A stretch of DNA of 64,000 bases from an uncultured Actinomycetes bacterium (GTDB taxonomy: Bacteria; Actinomycetota; Thermoleophilia; Solirubrobacterales; Solirubrobacteraceae): the NCBI GenBank assembly GCA_963787065.1, contig CAWBBQ010000022.1, forward strand, positions 18,521 to 82,520. Reading direction: 5' to 3'. The position numbers were made by a program, and so were the translations under genes. Shown one piece after another: positions 55,282 through 64,000 of the stretch. A model generated the notes under the pieces. It saw only the letters and a program-made list of their open reading frames with translations. It did not search any database and had not been told where the DNA came from. The stretch's first letter is position 1, and the number at the start of each line of letters is the position of its first letter.

Positions 55282-56298
55282 TTAGCGCGCAGCGCCGGCG
55301 GCGCGCTCGGTGACCGGGTGATCCCCGACGATGTCGTCCAGGTCCGGGCGCTCGTACTGGTCCGGTGCTGCCACGATGTCGATCAGGTTCTCGATGTCGC
55401 GCTCGTAGACCTCCAGCAGGATCGAGTGGAGCGTCGCGTAGGCCGTGGGGTAGTCCTCGCACGTGAACGCGACGGTGCCGCGCTTGGGCGAGGTGACCTG
55501 AGGGTGCGTGGCGAGGACCAGGTCGACGTCGCTGAGCGGCTTGTCGCCCCAGGTACGGTCGATGAAGCGCTGGTTGTCATCGGAACGGGCGCCCAGCGGA
55601 GTGTCGTGCACCGGATCCGGCGAGAGGTCGAGCTCGATCGTCACCGGCAGATCGCACCGGACCGGCTCGAACCCACGGACCCCGGCGACCGCTTCGCGGG
55701 CCGTCGTCCGCAGCAGCCGGCGACTCTCGTCCAGCGGCAGGTGGTCGCCGCTGAAGTAGCCCGTCGACGCCTTGACCTGGGCGTAGTGGATGTCGCCGAG
55801 CACCGGGCGCGCCTCGCGGATGACGTGGTCGTCTCCCGACAGCATCACGACGGGCACCCCGAAGGCTCCGGCCAGCCAGGTGTTCAGCGAAGGCTCGGGT
55901 ACGGACTGGCCGTTGACCCGAACGTCGAGGAAGCTCGTGATCCAGGTGTGGCTGAGGATCGCGTCGGGGTTGCCGGCCTTGGCGTGGTAGCCGACGAGCA
56001 GCACGGCGTCGTAGTCGTTCTCCATGCCCTTCATCTGGCACCAGCGACGGCGCATCTGGCCGCGCTTGAGGCGCACCCCGGGCACGAGGTCGTCGGGGTT
56101 GATGTTGCACATGTAGCCGTGCGAGTCACTCACGACGATCTCGTCAGCGCCCGCGTCGATCGCGCCATGGACCACGGCGTTGGCGTCTCCGGCCATGAGC
56201 CGGCGGAACCGATCGAACCCCGGGAGCCCGCGGAAGATCTCCTCGAGGCGCTCCAGGCCGCTCGTTCCCTCCATGTCCACCGAGATGAAGACCTTCAC
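55282..56298 (-). CDS. M55-family D-aminopeptidase (DppA-like)
   Basis: The sequence reads MKVFISVDMEGTSG...VVSDSHG...VLLVGYHAKAG... Confidence 0.88.
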   Translation of the reverse strand: MKVFISVDMEGTSGLERLEEIFRGLPGFDRFRRLMAGDANAVVHGAIDAGADEIVVSDSHGYMCNINPDDLVPGVRLKRGQMRRRWCQMKGMENDYDAVLLVGYHAKAGNPDAILSHTWITSFLDVRVNGQSVPEPSLNTWLAGAFGVPVVMLSGDDHVIREARPVLGDIHYAQVKASTGYFSGDHLPLDESRRLLRTTAREAVAGVRGFEPVRCDLPVTIELDLSPDPVHDTPLGARSDDNQRFIDRTWGDKPLSDVDLVLATHPQVTSPKRGTVAFTCEDYPTAYATLHSILLEVYERDIENLIDIVAAPDQYERPDLDDIVGDHPVTERAAGAAR

Positions 56299-56422
56299 CG
56301 TCCGTACCCCTTGTCTCGACGCGTATCGATCGATATTGGTAGGATGATGGGACCAAATCTACTCCGTGGGAGGAGATGGTGTCAAGCGGCTTGTGGTTCG
56401 GCGGCGGGGCAAGGACGACGAG

Positions 56423-58000
56423 ATGACCACCGCGCCTGACACGCACGGACGTCCCGCGGGGGCGGTGGCGAGCCCGCACTGGGCGGCGACCGTGGTCGGG
56501 CGCGACGTCCTGGCCGGGGGAGGCAACGCGCTCGACGCAGCGATCGCCACGAACGCCATGCTCGGCGTCGCCTACCCCCACATGTGTGGGGTGGGAGGCG
56601 ACCTGTTCCTGCTCTACCACGAAGCGCGCAGCGGGATGGTGCACTGCCTCAACGGCACCGGCCCGGCTCCCGCGTTGGCCACCCCGGACGCGTTGGCAGA
56701 TCGCGGGCTTGCCGCCGTGCCGGCCCGCGGACCGCTGACCCTCACCGTTCCCGGAGCTGTGCGAGCCTGGGATGCGGCGCTCGCGCGCTTCGGCTCGCAA
56801 CCGCTCGCCGAGCTGCTCACCGCGGCCATCGGTGCGGCGGAGGAGGGCGTCCCTGTGACGGACCGCCTGGCGGGGTGGATCGCCGACTCCCGCGACGAGC
56901 TCCGCGCCGATCCGACGCTGCGCCGGCGCCTGTTCCATGGTGGCTCCGAGCCGCTGGCCACCGGCGACACCCTGCGCCAGCCCGAGCTGGCGGGAACGCT
57001 GCGACAACTGGCCGACGCCGGCGCCGGCGATCTCTACGCCGGGGACCTGGCTCGGGCGATCGATCGCGCCGTGCACTCGGCGGACGGCCTGCTGCGGGCC
57101 GGGGACCTGAGCGCCTACCGGCCAACGTGGGTCGCACCCCTGCGCATGCGCCATCGCGGCCTGGAGGTCGTGACCACGCCGCCCAACAGCCAGGGCATCA
57201 CGTCGCTGCTGATGCTCGACCGGATGGTCGACCTGGACTCCCTGCGGCCGGGCACGCCTGGTTACGTCGCTGACTTCGTCGCCGCCAAACGCCGCGCGTT
57301 CGGCCTGCGCGACCGCCACGTCACCGATCCGGCCCACATGACGGTGGGTGTGGACGACCTGCTGGCCGGCAGCGCGCCGTCCGTCCAACCGGCTGCCCCG
57401 CCCTTGGGGGGCGACACCGTCTACCTGTGCACGGTCGACGCCGAGGGAAACTCATGCTCGCTGATCCAGAGCCTGTACTACGGCTTTGGCTCGTGCTTCG
57501 TGGCGGGGGACACCGGCATCCTGCTGCACAACCGGGCGCACTACTTCTCTCTGGACGCCGGCGCGGCCAACGTGCTCGCCCCGGGCAAGCGCACGCTGCA
57601 CACGTTGATGGCATGCATGGCGCTCGAGGAGGGTCGTCCGCGGTTCATATTCGGCACGATGGGAGCTGACGGCCAGCCGCAGACCAACGTACAGGTGCTT
57701 CATCAGCTCCTTGAGGGCGCCACCGCGGAGGAGGCCGTCTCCGCCCCCCGGGTGCTGCACGGTCGCTTTCTGCTGGAGGACGACCCCGAGACCCTGCACG
57801 TGGAGGCGGACCTGGAGCCGGAGTCGCTCACTGCGCTGCACGAGACGGCGTCACGGATGCATGTCGTCCCGCCTCGCAGCGAGCGTATGGGCCATGCACA
57901 GGCCATCACCCTCGGCGCCGGCGGGCTGCTGACGGCCGCCGCCGACCCGCGCAGCGACGGCAGCGCGGCGGTCGTCGAAGGCGCGAGCGCGGTGTCTTAA
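56423..58000 (+). CDS. ggt: gamma-glutamyltransferase family protein
   Basis: The sequence reads VASPHWAATVVGRDVLAGGGNALDAAIATNAMLGVAYPHMCGVGGDLF...GGDTVYLCTVD...TLHTLMA...GTMGADGQPQ. ATG 56423 is the preferred start. Confidence 0.9.
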   Translation: MTTAPDTHGRPAGAVASPHWAATVVGRDVLAGGGNALDAAIATNAMLGVAYPHMCGVGGDLFLLYHEARSGMVHCLNGTGPAPALATPDALADRGLAAVPARGPLTLTVPGAVRAWDAALARFGSQPLAELLTAAIGAAEEGVPVTDRLAGWIADSRDELRADPTLRRRLFHGGSEPLATGDTLRQPELAGTLRQLADAGAGDLYAGDLARAIDRAVHSADGLLRAGDLSAYRPTWVAPLRMRHRGLEVVTTPPNSQGITSLLMLDRMVDLDSLRPGTPGYVADFVAAKRRAFGLRDRHVTDPAHMTVGVDDLLAGSAPSVQPAAPPLGGDTVYLCTVDAEGNSCSLIQSLYYGFGSCFVAGDTGILLHNRAHYFSLDAGAANVLAPGKRTLHTLMACMALEEGRPRFIFGTMGADGQPQTNVQVLHQLLEGATAEEAVSAPRVLHGRFLLEDDPETLHVEADLEPESLTALHETASRMHVVPPRSERMGHAQAITLGAGGLLTAAADPRSDGSAAVVEGASAVS

Positions 58001-58043
58001 GGGAAGAAGCGCTCGAGCTCGGCATGCGCCGCACGCAGCTCGC

Positions 58044-60209
58044 TCAGGGGGACGGACAGCAGCTCGTCCTCGCCGTGTCGCACCGCCAGCCCCTCGCCAC
58101 CGACCGTGCCGAGCACCTCACCGGCACGCGGACCGAGAGCTGCTCGATCGCCGCGAGCGACCCGGAGACGACGAAGCCGCCGGGGCCCTCGCCGAACAGC
58201 CGCTCGGCCGCCGCCGGGCCGGCGCCCAGGTCGACCTGCGTGCCGACGCCCCCGGCCAGGCACGCCTCGGCGAGCGCGACGAGCAGCCCGCCCTCGGCAA
58301 CGTCGTGGGCGCTTGACAGGCGTCCCTCGCGGACCGCGTCGCGGATCGCCTCGAGGGCACCGGCGACGGCCTCGAGGTCGACGTCGGGCAAGCGCTCGGG
58401 CAGCGGCTCGCCGCACAGCTTGTGCAGCTCCCCGGCGTCCAGCGCCGGCGAGAACGGGCCGGCCAGCGCGACGACGTCGCCCTCGCGAGCGAAGCCCAGC
58501 CGCCCGGCGCGCCTCGCGTCGGGCACGCGGCCGACCATGCCGACGACCGGCGTCGGGTAGATCGGGCCGGCCGCGCCCTCGTTGTAGAGCGAGACGTTGC
58601 CGCCCACCACGGCGGTGCCCAGCGCGCGGCAGCCGTCGCCCAGGCCGCGCACCGCCTCGCTGAGCTGCCACGCGACATGCGGCTTCTCGGGGTTGCCGAA
58701 GTTGAGGTTGTTGGTCACCCCGAGCGGCTCGGCGCCCACGCAGGCCAGGTTGGCCGCGCACTCGAGCACCACCTCGAGCGTGCCGCGGTAGGGGTCGGCG
58801 GCCACGCGGCGGCCGTTGCCGTCGATCGACACGGCGAGCGCCCCGCCGTCCGGAAGCAGCAGCACCGCGGCATCGGCCTCCTCGGGCCGCCGGACGGTGC
58901 GCGACTGCACGAGCCAGTCGTACTGGCGGAAGAGCGGCAGCCGCGACGCGACGTTGGACGAGCGCAAAAGCGCGAGCAGCGCCTCGGTCGGCTCGACGTC
59001 GGGCGCGAGCACCGGGGGCGACGGCGCGTAGAGCGGCGCGTCGGGGCGCTCGGGCGCCAGGTCGTAGAGCGGGCAGTCGTCCACCAGCGCGGCCACCGGC
59101 ATGTCGCCGACGACGCGATCGCCGTGCAGCACGCGCATCTGGCCGGTGTCCGTCACCTCGCCGACCGCCGTCCCGTGGACCTCCCACCTCGAGCACACCG
59201 CGAGCACCTCGTCCACGCGTGCGGGCTCGCAGACGCACAGCATCCGCTCCTGCGACTCGGAGACCATGATCTCGAAGGGCTCCATGTCGGCCTCGCGCAG
59301 CGGGACGCGCGCGACGTCGAGGTCCATGCCGACGCCGCCCTTGGAGGCCATCTCCGACGCGCTCGAGGTCAGGCCCGCGGCGCCGAGGTCCTGCAGGCCG
59401 ACGAGCAGCCCGCGCTCCAGCAGCTCGAGCGAGCACTCGAGCAGCTTCTTCTCCGCGAACGGGTCGCCGACCTGGACCGTCGGGCGCTTGTCCTCGTCGG
59501 CGTCGCCGAGCTCGGCCGAGGCCAGCACGGAGGCGCCGCCGATGCCGTCGCGCCCGGTCGAGGCGCCGAACAGCACGACGACGTTGCCCACGCCGGCGGC
59601 CGCACTGGTCATCAGCCGGTCGGCCGGGCCGAGCCCGAGAGCCATCGCGTTGACCAGGCAGTTCTGCTCGTAGGGCGCCTCGAAGTAGACCTCGCCGCCG
59701 ACCGTGGGCACGCCGATCGAGTTGCCGTAGTGGCCGATCCCGGCCACGGCGCGGTCGAGCAGGTAGCGCGAGCGCCCCGACGCGTCGGGCTCGCCGAAGC
59801 GCAGCGAGTCGAGCACGGCGATCGGCCGCGCGCCGATGGCGAAGATGTCGCGCAGGATGCCGCCCACGCCCGTGGCCGCGCCCTGGAAGGGCTCGACCGC
59901 GCTGGGATGGTTGTGCGACTCGACCTTGAACGCGCACGCCAGCCCGTGGCCGACGTCGACCGCGCCCGCGTTCTCGCCCGGCCCCATGAGCACGTGCGGC
60001 CCCTCGGTGGGCAGCGTGCGCAGCAGCTTCTTGGAGTGCTTGTAGGCGCAGTGCTCGCTCCACAGCAGCGAGAACATGGCCAGCTCGACCTGGTTGGGCG
60101 CCCGCCCGAGCTTTTGGCCGACGAGCTCGTACTCGGCGCGCGTGAGGCCGAGCGCGACCGCCTCCTCGACGGTCGGCAGCGCCGCGGTGTCAGGCGGCGA
60201 CGCGCTCAT
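58044..60209 (-). CDS. purL: phosphoribosylformylglycinamidine synthase subunit PurL
   Basis: The 721-aa ORF is intact: ...WSEHCAYKHSK...VESHNHPSAVEPFQGAATGVGGILRDI... Confidence 0.95.
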   Translation of the reverse strand: MSASPPDTAALPTVEEAVALGLTRAEYELVGQKLGRAPNQVELAMFSLLWSEHCAYKHSKKLLRTLPTEGPHVLMGPGENAGAVDVGHGLACAFKVESHNHPSAVEPFQGAATGVGGILRDIFAIGARPIAVLDSLRFGEPDASGRSRYLLDRAVAGIGHYGNSIGVPTVGGEVYFEAPYEQNCLVNAMALGLGPADRLMTSAAAGVGNVVVLFGASTGRDGIGGASVLASAELGDADEDKRPTVQVGDPFAEKKLLECSLELLERGLLVGLQDLGAAGLTSSASEMASKGGVGMDLDVARVPLREADMEPFEIMVSESQERMLCVCEPARVDEVLAVCSRWEVHGTAVGEVTDTGQMRVLHGDRVVGDMPVAALVDDCPLYDLAPERPDAPLYAPSPPVLAPDVEPTEALLALLRSSNVASRLPLFRQYDWLVQSRTVRRPEEADAAVLLLPDGGALAVSIDGNGRRVAADPYRGTLEVVLECAANLACVGAEPLGVTNNLNFGNPEKPHVAWQLSEAVRGLGDGCRALGTAVVGGNVSLYNEGAAGPIYPTPVVGMVGRVPDARRAGRLGFAREGDVVALAGPFSPALDAGELHKLCGEPLPERLPDVDLEAVAGALEAIRDAVREGRLSSAHDVAEGGLLVALAEACLAGGVGTQVDLGAGPAAAERLFGEGPGGFVVSGSLAAIEQLSVRVPVRCSARSVARGWRCDTARTSCCPSP

Positions 60210-60870
60210 CCACGGCCTGCGCCATCGAGGTGAAGATCGTCAGCCCGTCGGCCGAGCCGCCCGTCAGCTCGTCGACGGCGTGCTCGGGATGCGGCATCAG
60301 GCCGAACACGTTGCCCCGCGCGTTGCACACGCCGGCGACGTCGCGCAGCGAGCCGTTGGGGTTGGCGCCGGGCGCGTAGCGCAGCACCACCTGGCCGCCG
60401 GCCTCCATGCGCTCGAGCTCGTCGGGCGGCGCGTAGTAGCGGCCGGTCGTGTGCTTGGTCGGGATCGACAGCGGCCGGCCGGGCTCGCACGCGCGGGTGA
60501 ACGGCGTCGAGCGGTTGACCACCTCGACGGCCACCTGGGCACAGCGGAAGCGCAGGTGATCGTTGGGCAGCAGCGCGCCCGGCAGCAGGCCGGCCTCGCA
60601 CAGCACCTGGAAGCCGTTGCAGATCCCGAGCACGAGGCCGCCGTCGCGGGCGAAGGCGATCACCGACTCCATGACCGGCGCGAACCGGGCGATCGCGCCG
60701 ACGCGCAGGTAGTCGCCGTAGGAGAAGCCGCCCGGGATGATCACCGCGTCGACGCCGTGCAGGTCGCGGTCGGCGTGCCACAGCAGCACGGCGTCGCCGA
60801 CGCGCTGGGCCGCGAGCTGCGCGTCGACCTCGTCGCACGAGCCGGGGAAGCGGACGACGCCGGTCCTCAT
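60190..60870 (-). CDS. purQ: phosphoribosylformylglycinamidine synthase glutaminase subunit PurQ
   Basis: The sequence reads VVRFPGSCDEVD...IIPGGFSYGDYLR...VLGICNGFQVLCEAGLLPG...MPHPE. Confidence 0.95.
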   Translation of the reverse strand: MRTGVVRFPGSCDEVDAQLAAQRVGDAVLLWHADRDLHGVDAVIIPGGFSYGDYLRVGAIARFAPVMESVIAFARDGGLVLGICNGFQVLCEAGLLPGALLPNDHLRFRCAQVAVEVVNRSTPFTRACEPGRPLSIPTKHTTGRYYAPPDELERMEAGGQVVLRYAPGANPNGSLRDVAGVCNARGNVFGLMPHPEHAVDELTGGSADGLTIFTSMAQAVDERVAA

Positions 60871-60886
60871 GCGGCGACCCGCATCC

Positions 60887-61117
60887 TCAGCCGGACCGGC
60901 CGTCCAGGATCTCGTAGTCCTCGATCAGCGGGTTGGCCAGCAGCTTGCGACACATCGCGTCGAGCTGGCCGGGGTCATCGACGTCGAGCTCGACGAGCCG
61001 GCCGACGTGGACGTTCGACACGCCCCCGAAGCCGAGGGCGGGCAGCGCCCGTTCGACCGCGATGCCCTGCGGATCGAGGATGCCCGCCTTGGGCCGGATC
61101 AGGACACGGGCCCTCAC
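60887..61117 (-). CDS. purS: phosphoribosylformylglycinamidine synthase subunit PurS
   Basis: GTG 61117 overlaps the purC stop. The sequence is VRARVLIRPKAGILDPQGIAVERALPALGF...VGRLVELDVD... Confidence 0.85.
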   Translation of the reverse strand: MRARVLIRPKAGILDPQGIAVERALPALGFGGVSNVHVGRLVELDVDDPGQLDAMCRKLLANPLIEDYEILDGRSG

Positions 61118-61992
61118 GGCGCCGTGCGGGCCAGCCACTCGTCGAAGCGCTCGCCGGTGATGCGCTCGTAGGCGTCGACGTAGCGATCGCGCGTGCCCTG
61201 CACGACGTCGCCGGGCAGCTCCGGCGCGGGCGGGGTCTTGTCCCAGCCGCTCGAGCTGGCCCAGTCGCGCACGTACTGCTTGTCGAAGCTCGGCTGGGCG
61301 CGGCCGGGCGCGTAGTCGTCGGCGGGCCAGTAGCGCGAGGAGTCGGGGGTCAGCACCTCGTCGCCCACGACGAGCTCGCCGTCGTCGTCCAGCCCGAACT
61401 CGAACTTCGTGTCGGCCAGCACGACGCCGCGCTCGCGCGCGTGGTCGTTGGCGAAGCGGTACAGCGCGATCGAGACGTCGCGGACGCGGCCCATCAGCTC
61501 CGCGTCGCCGACGAGCCGCGCGGCGGCGTCGAAGTCGATCGCCTCGTCGTGGCCGGACTCGGCCTTCGTCGAGGGCGTGAAGATCGGCGTCGGCAGCCGC
61601 TCGGACTCGCGCAGCCCCGGCGGCAGCTCGATCCCCGACACACGACCGGTGGCCCCGTAGTCCTTCCACCCCGAGCCGGTGATGTAGCCGCGCACGACGC
61701 ATTCGACCGGCAGCATGGCCAGCCGCTTGACCACCATCGCGCGGCCGCGCACGTCGTCGGGCACGCCGTCGACGGCCGACAGGAAGTGGTTGGGCACGAT
61801 GTGCCCGGTCTTGGCGAACCAGAAGGCCGACAGGCCCGTGAGGACGGCGCCCTTGTCGGGGATCGGCGTCGGGTGCACGACGTCGTAGGTCGAGATCCGG
61901 TCGCTGGCGACCATCAGTATGCGGTCGCCAAGGTCGTACATCTCGCGGACCTTGCCGCTGGCGAGGAGGGGCAGGTCGGCGACACTGGGCAC
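61114..61992 (-). CDS. purC: phosphoribosylaminoimidazole-succinocarboxamide synthase (PurC)
   Basis: The sequence reads LLASGKVREMYDLGDRILMVASDRISTYD...LADTKFEFG... The 292-aa ORF is intact. Confidence 0.95.
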   Translation of the reverse strand: MPSVADLPLLASGKVREMYDLGDRILMVASDRISTYDVVHPTPIPDKGAVLTGLSAFWFAKTGHIVPNHFLSAVDGVPDDVRGRAMVVKRLAMLPVECVVRGYITGSGWKDYGATGRVSGIELPPGLRESERLPTPIFTPSTKAESGHDEAIDFDAAARLVGDAELMGRVRDVSIALYRFANDHARERGVVLADTKFEFGLDDDGELVVGDEVLTPDSSRYWPADDYAPGRAQPSFDKQYVRDWASSSGWDKTPPAPELPGDVVQGTRDRYVDAYERITGERFDEWLARTAP

Positions 61993-62221
61993 GCGACGCA
62001 GGCTAGCAACCGTCCCGGCCGATCCCGGGGCGCCGGGAACGGTCCGGTGCGGGGCGGCTCAGGGCCGCGCGAGGATCGCCGCGTACTCGTTTGGCAGCTG
62101 CACGGTCACGTCGAGGAGCTCCTCCTCGCCGATCGCCTCACGAAGCGTGGCCATGACCGCGCGCGCCGCGCGACCAGTGCGACGGACATATGGTTCCGAC
62201 GACCGTCTCGCGCGGTACCCC

Positions 62222-63118
62222 ATGGCCATGGCCTCCGCTCCCGTCATCGCCGCCTTCGACCCGGTCGACGCGAACGGCGCGCCCGCGCGCTTCGGCGCGA
62301 CGGTGGCCGCCGTCACCGGCGCCCAGCTGCTCGTCGCGTCGGTGTACGGCGGCGACGACGTCGCCGACCGGCTCGTCGGCGGCCAGCTCGGCGAGAACCT
62401 CTCGTCCGACCCCAGCGACGCCCTCGGCGCGATCGTGAACGCTCTGCGCGACGACGGCGTGGATGCCGAGCCGCTGGCGCTCGCCGCGACGAGCGCCCCG
62501 CGGGGCCTGAGCCTGGCCGCCGAGCAGCTCGGCGCTGGGCTGCTCGTGGTCGGAGCGGCCTCGGGTCTGCGCCAGGACCGGCTCGCGCCGGGCAGCACGA
62601 CCGAGCGCCTGCTCGGCGGGGCGCCGTGCGCGGTGGCCGTCGTGCCCACCGGCCACCGCAGCCGGCCCCCGGCGACCGTAGGGGTCGGCTACGTCGACAC
62701 GGCCGAGGGCCGCGAGGCGGTGCGCGCCGCGCACGCGCTCGCGCGCCGGGCGGGCGCCCGGCTGCGCGTGCTCAGCGTCGTCCAGCCGCGACCGTGGATG
62801 AGCGCGCCCGGCGGCGAGGTCGAGCTCGTCGCGGCGCTGCGGACCGCGGCCGAGGAGGCCGCCCATGAGGCGGTCGCGGCGTTCCTCGGCGCACCGGTCG
62901 ACATCGACGTCGAGGTCGCCGATCCGGGCGACGTGCTCGTGGCCGCCTCGGCGGAGGTCGACGTGCTCGTGCTCGGCTCGCGTGGCTACGGCCCCCGCTC
63001 GGCCACCCTCCGCGGCGGGGTGTCGCGGCGCGTGGCGGCGGAGGGCGGCTGCCCGGTGATCGTCGTCGCCCGGGCGGCCGAGGTGCCGCTGCAGGCGCTC
63101 GTCGGCGACGACAGGTAG
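62222..63118 (+). CDS. tandem universal stress protein (UspA) domain protein
   Basis: There are two Usp halves. Each ends in a G..G(9)G-type motif region: LLVVGAASG...GSTTERLLGGAPCAVAVVP and VLVLGSRGYG...GGVSRRVAAEGGCPVIVV. Confidence 0.85.
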   Translation: MAMASAPVIAAFDPVDANGAPARFGATVAAVTGAQLLVASVYGGDDVADRLVGGQLGENLSSDPSDALGAIVNALRDDGVDAEPLALAATSAPRGLSLAAEQLGAGLLVVGAASGLRQDRLAPGSTTERLLGGAPCAVAVVPTGHRSRPPATVGVGYVDTAEGREAVRAAHALARRAGARLRVLSVVQPRPWMSAPGGEVELVAALRTAAEEAAHEAVAAFLGAPVDIDVEVADPGDVLVAASAEVDVLVLGSRGYGPRSATLRGGVSRRVAAEGGCPVIVVARAAEVPLQALVGDDR

Positions 63119-63194
63119 CGACCAGCTCCTGCCGGCCGCCGAGATCGAAGAGACTGGACCGCCGCCTCACCCCACGAACGAAGGGGGCACCACG

Positions 63195-63644
63195 ATGAGC
63201 TCGGCCATCCGCGTCGAGGAGTCGGTCCAGATCGCCAGATCGCCGGCCGAGGTGTGGGACGCGATCGCCGACTACGCGTTCGACCTGAAGTGGCGCAACG
63301 GGCTTCGTGAGATGACGCCCGACCCGCCCGGCGGCCCGGCGACCGGCACGCGGGTCCACGAGGTGGTCCGGTCCTCCGGCCGCGACTACGTCGCGGACAC
63401 GGTGGTGACCGAGGTCGATCCCGGCGTCTTCTACCGGTTCGCGGGCGCGGGCACGATCGGCGGCCTCGAGGGTGGCCGGTCGGTCCGGGCCGACGAGGCC
63501 TCGACGGGTGCCGTGTTCACCTACACCATCGAGCTTCAGCCGATGGGCGGCATGCGCCTGCTCGGCCCGCTGCTGGGCCCGCTCGTCCGCTCGGGCCTGA
63601 AGAAGGACCTCAAGACGCTCAAGGCGCTGCTGGAGGATCAGTAG
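63195..63644 (+). CDS. SRPBCC family protein
   Basis: The sequence reads IRVEESVQIARSPAEVWDAIADYAFDLKWRNGLREM... over 149 aa. Confidence 0.8.
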   Translation: MSSAIRVEESVQIARSPAEVWDAIADYAFDLKWRNGLREMTPDPPGGPATGTRVHEVVRSSGRDYVADTVVTEVDPGVFYRFAGAGTIGGLEGGRSVRADEASTGAVFTYTIELQPMGGMRLLGPLLGPLVRSGLKKDLKTLKALLEDQ

Positions 63645-63786
63645 GTCGGAGGCGACGACACCGCCGCGACATGGGTGACAGGTGACGCGCGTCGTCCGCT
63701 GGGAGAGTCACCACGGCCCCCTCCGGTCGGCACCCGGGTCACGGCGCATACTGGAACCACGGATGGCTCGCTCGGAACAGCGACGG

Positions 63787-64000
63787 TCACATGCTCGTGG
63801 CCGGCACCGGCGCGCCGCACAGGTCCGGGCGGTCGGGGTGGTTCAGGCCCCGGCGCAGCGACGCGAAGGCCACCGCGCCGACCAGCAGCGGCAGCCAGAA
63901 GAGGATCACGCGGTAGGCGAGCACGGCGGCGGCGGTGGCCGCCGCCGGCGCGCCGAAGACGATCAGCGCGCCGATCAGGCCGCCGTCGATGCCGCCCACG
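63787..64000 (-). CDS. C-terminal part of a flippase-like / lysylphosphatidylglycerol-synthase TM-region (UPF0104) membrane protein; 5' end outside the window
   Basis: The sequence reads ...GGIDGGLIGALIVFGAPAAATAAAVLAYRVILFWLPLLVGAVAFASLRR. It is a hydrophobic tail running off the window. Confidence 0.55.
   Translation of the reverse strand, partial: VGGIDGGLIGALIVFGAPAAATAAAVLAYRVILFWLPLLVGAVAFASLRRGLNHPDRPDLCGAPVPATSM

Noticed and set aside
62059-62154. The short tail MATLREAIGEEELLDVTVQLPNEYAAILARP resembles the end of a DUF2267-type protein.
   Set aside because: Only about 31 residues are protein-like. The upstream ORF is Arg/Ala junk. This is too short to support a feature.

Overview
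The window is a very high-GC segment (about 70% by eye, not computed) that looks like an Actinomycetota-type chromosome.

**Left end, 1-11.4 kb.** A myo-inositol catabolism cluster lies on the minus strand (iolD, iolB, an aldolase-fold gene, iolC, an IolE-like gene and a Gfo/Idh/MocA oxidoreductase). It sits beside a LacI-family repressor, palindromic operators and a divergent sugar ABC importer. A MoaD-like gene paired with an Asp-box beta-propeller gene follows.

**Middle, about 11.8-40.6 kb.** This reads as a composite genomic island anchored on an intact tRNA-Asp(GTC).
- The 3' 36-45 nt of that tRNA recur three more times in the same orientation, at 11836, 13118 and 19681.
- The copies carry tRNA-terminator and arm-repeat flanks and lie next to decayed tyrosine-integrase genes.
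- Cargo includes a hydantoin/dihydropyrimidine utilisation cluster.
- Cargo also includes a heavily degraded excisionase, coupling-protein and replication-relaxation module. It lies next to iteron-like repeats, a pyrimidine tract and a 22-bp perfect inverted repeat.
- Further cargo: cation-transport genes, a LuxR-type two-component system and NhaA, followed by an orphan tRNA-Ala-like 3' half.
- The last block is an ECF sigma factor with a Cys-rich C-terminal extension, DipZ, an OmpR/HK pair and two CxxxC lipoproteins, followed by a hydrolase and an SRPBCC gene.

**Right third.** This is core genome:
- tRNA-Val, tRNA-Glu and tRNA-Lys
- purH, purN, purF, purL, purQ, purS and purC
- recQ and a sulfite-oxidase-like Mo enzyme
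- a GntR, AmiS/UreI, M55 peptidase and GGT cluster
- a tandem Usp

**Caveats.** Many genes carry frame disruptions, densely clustered in a few blocks. These may be real decay or indel errors, and I cannot tell which from the sequence alone. I saw no rRNA, no CRISPR array and no recognisable defence system. Most long opposite-strand ORFs in the track are high-GC shadow ORFs.
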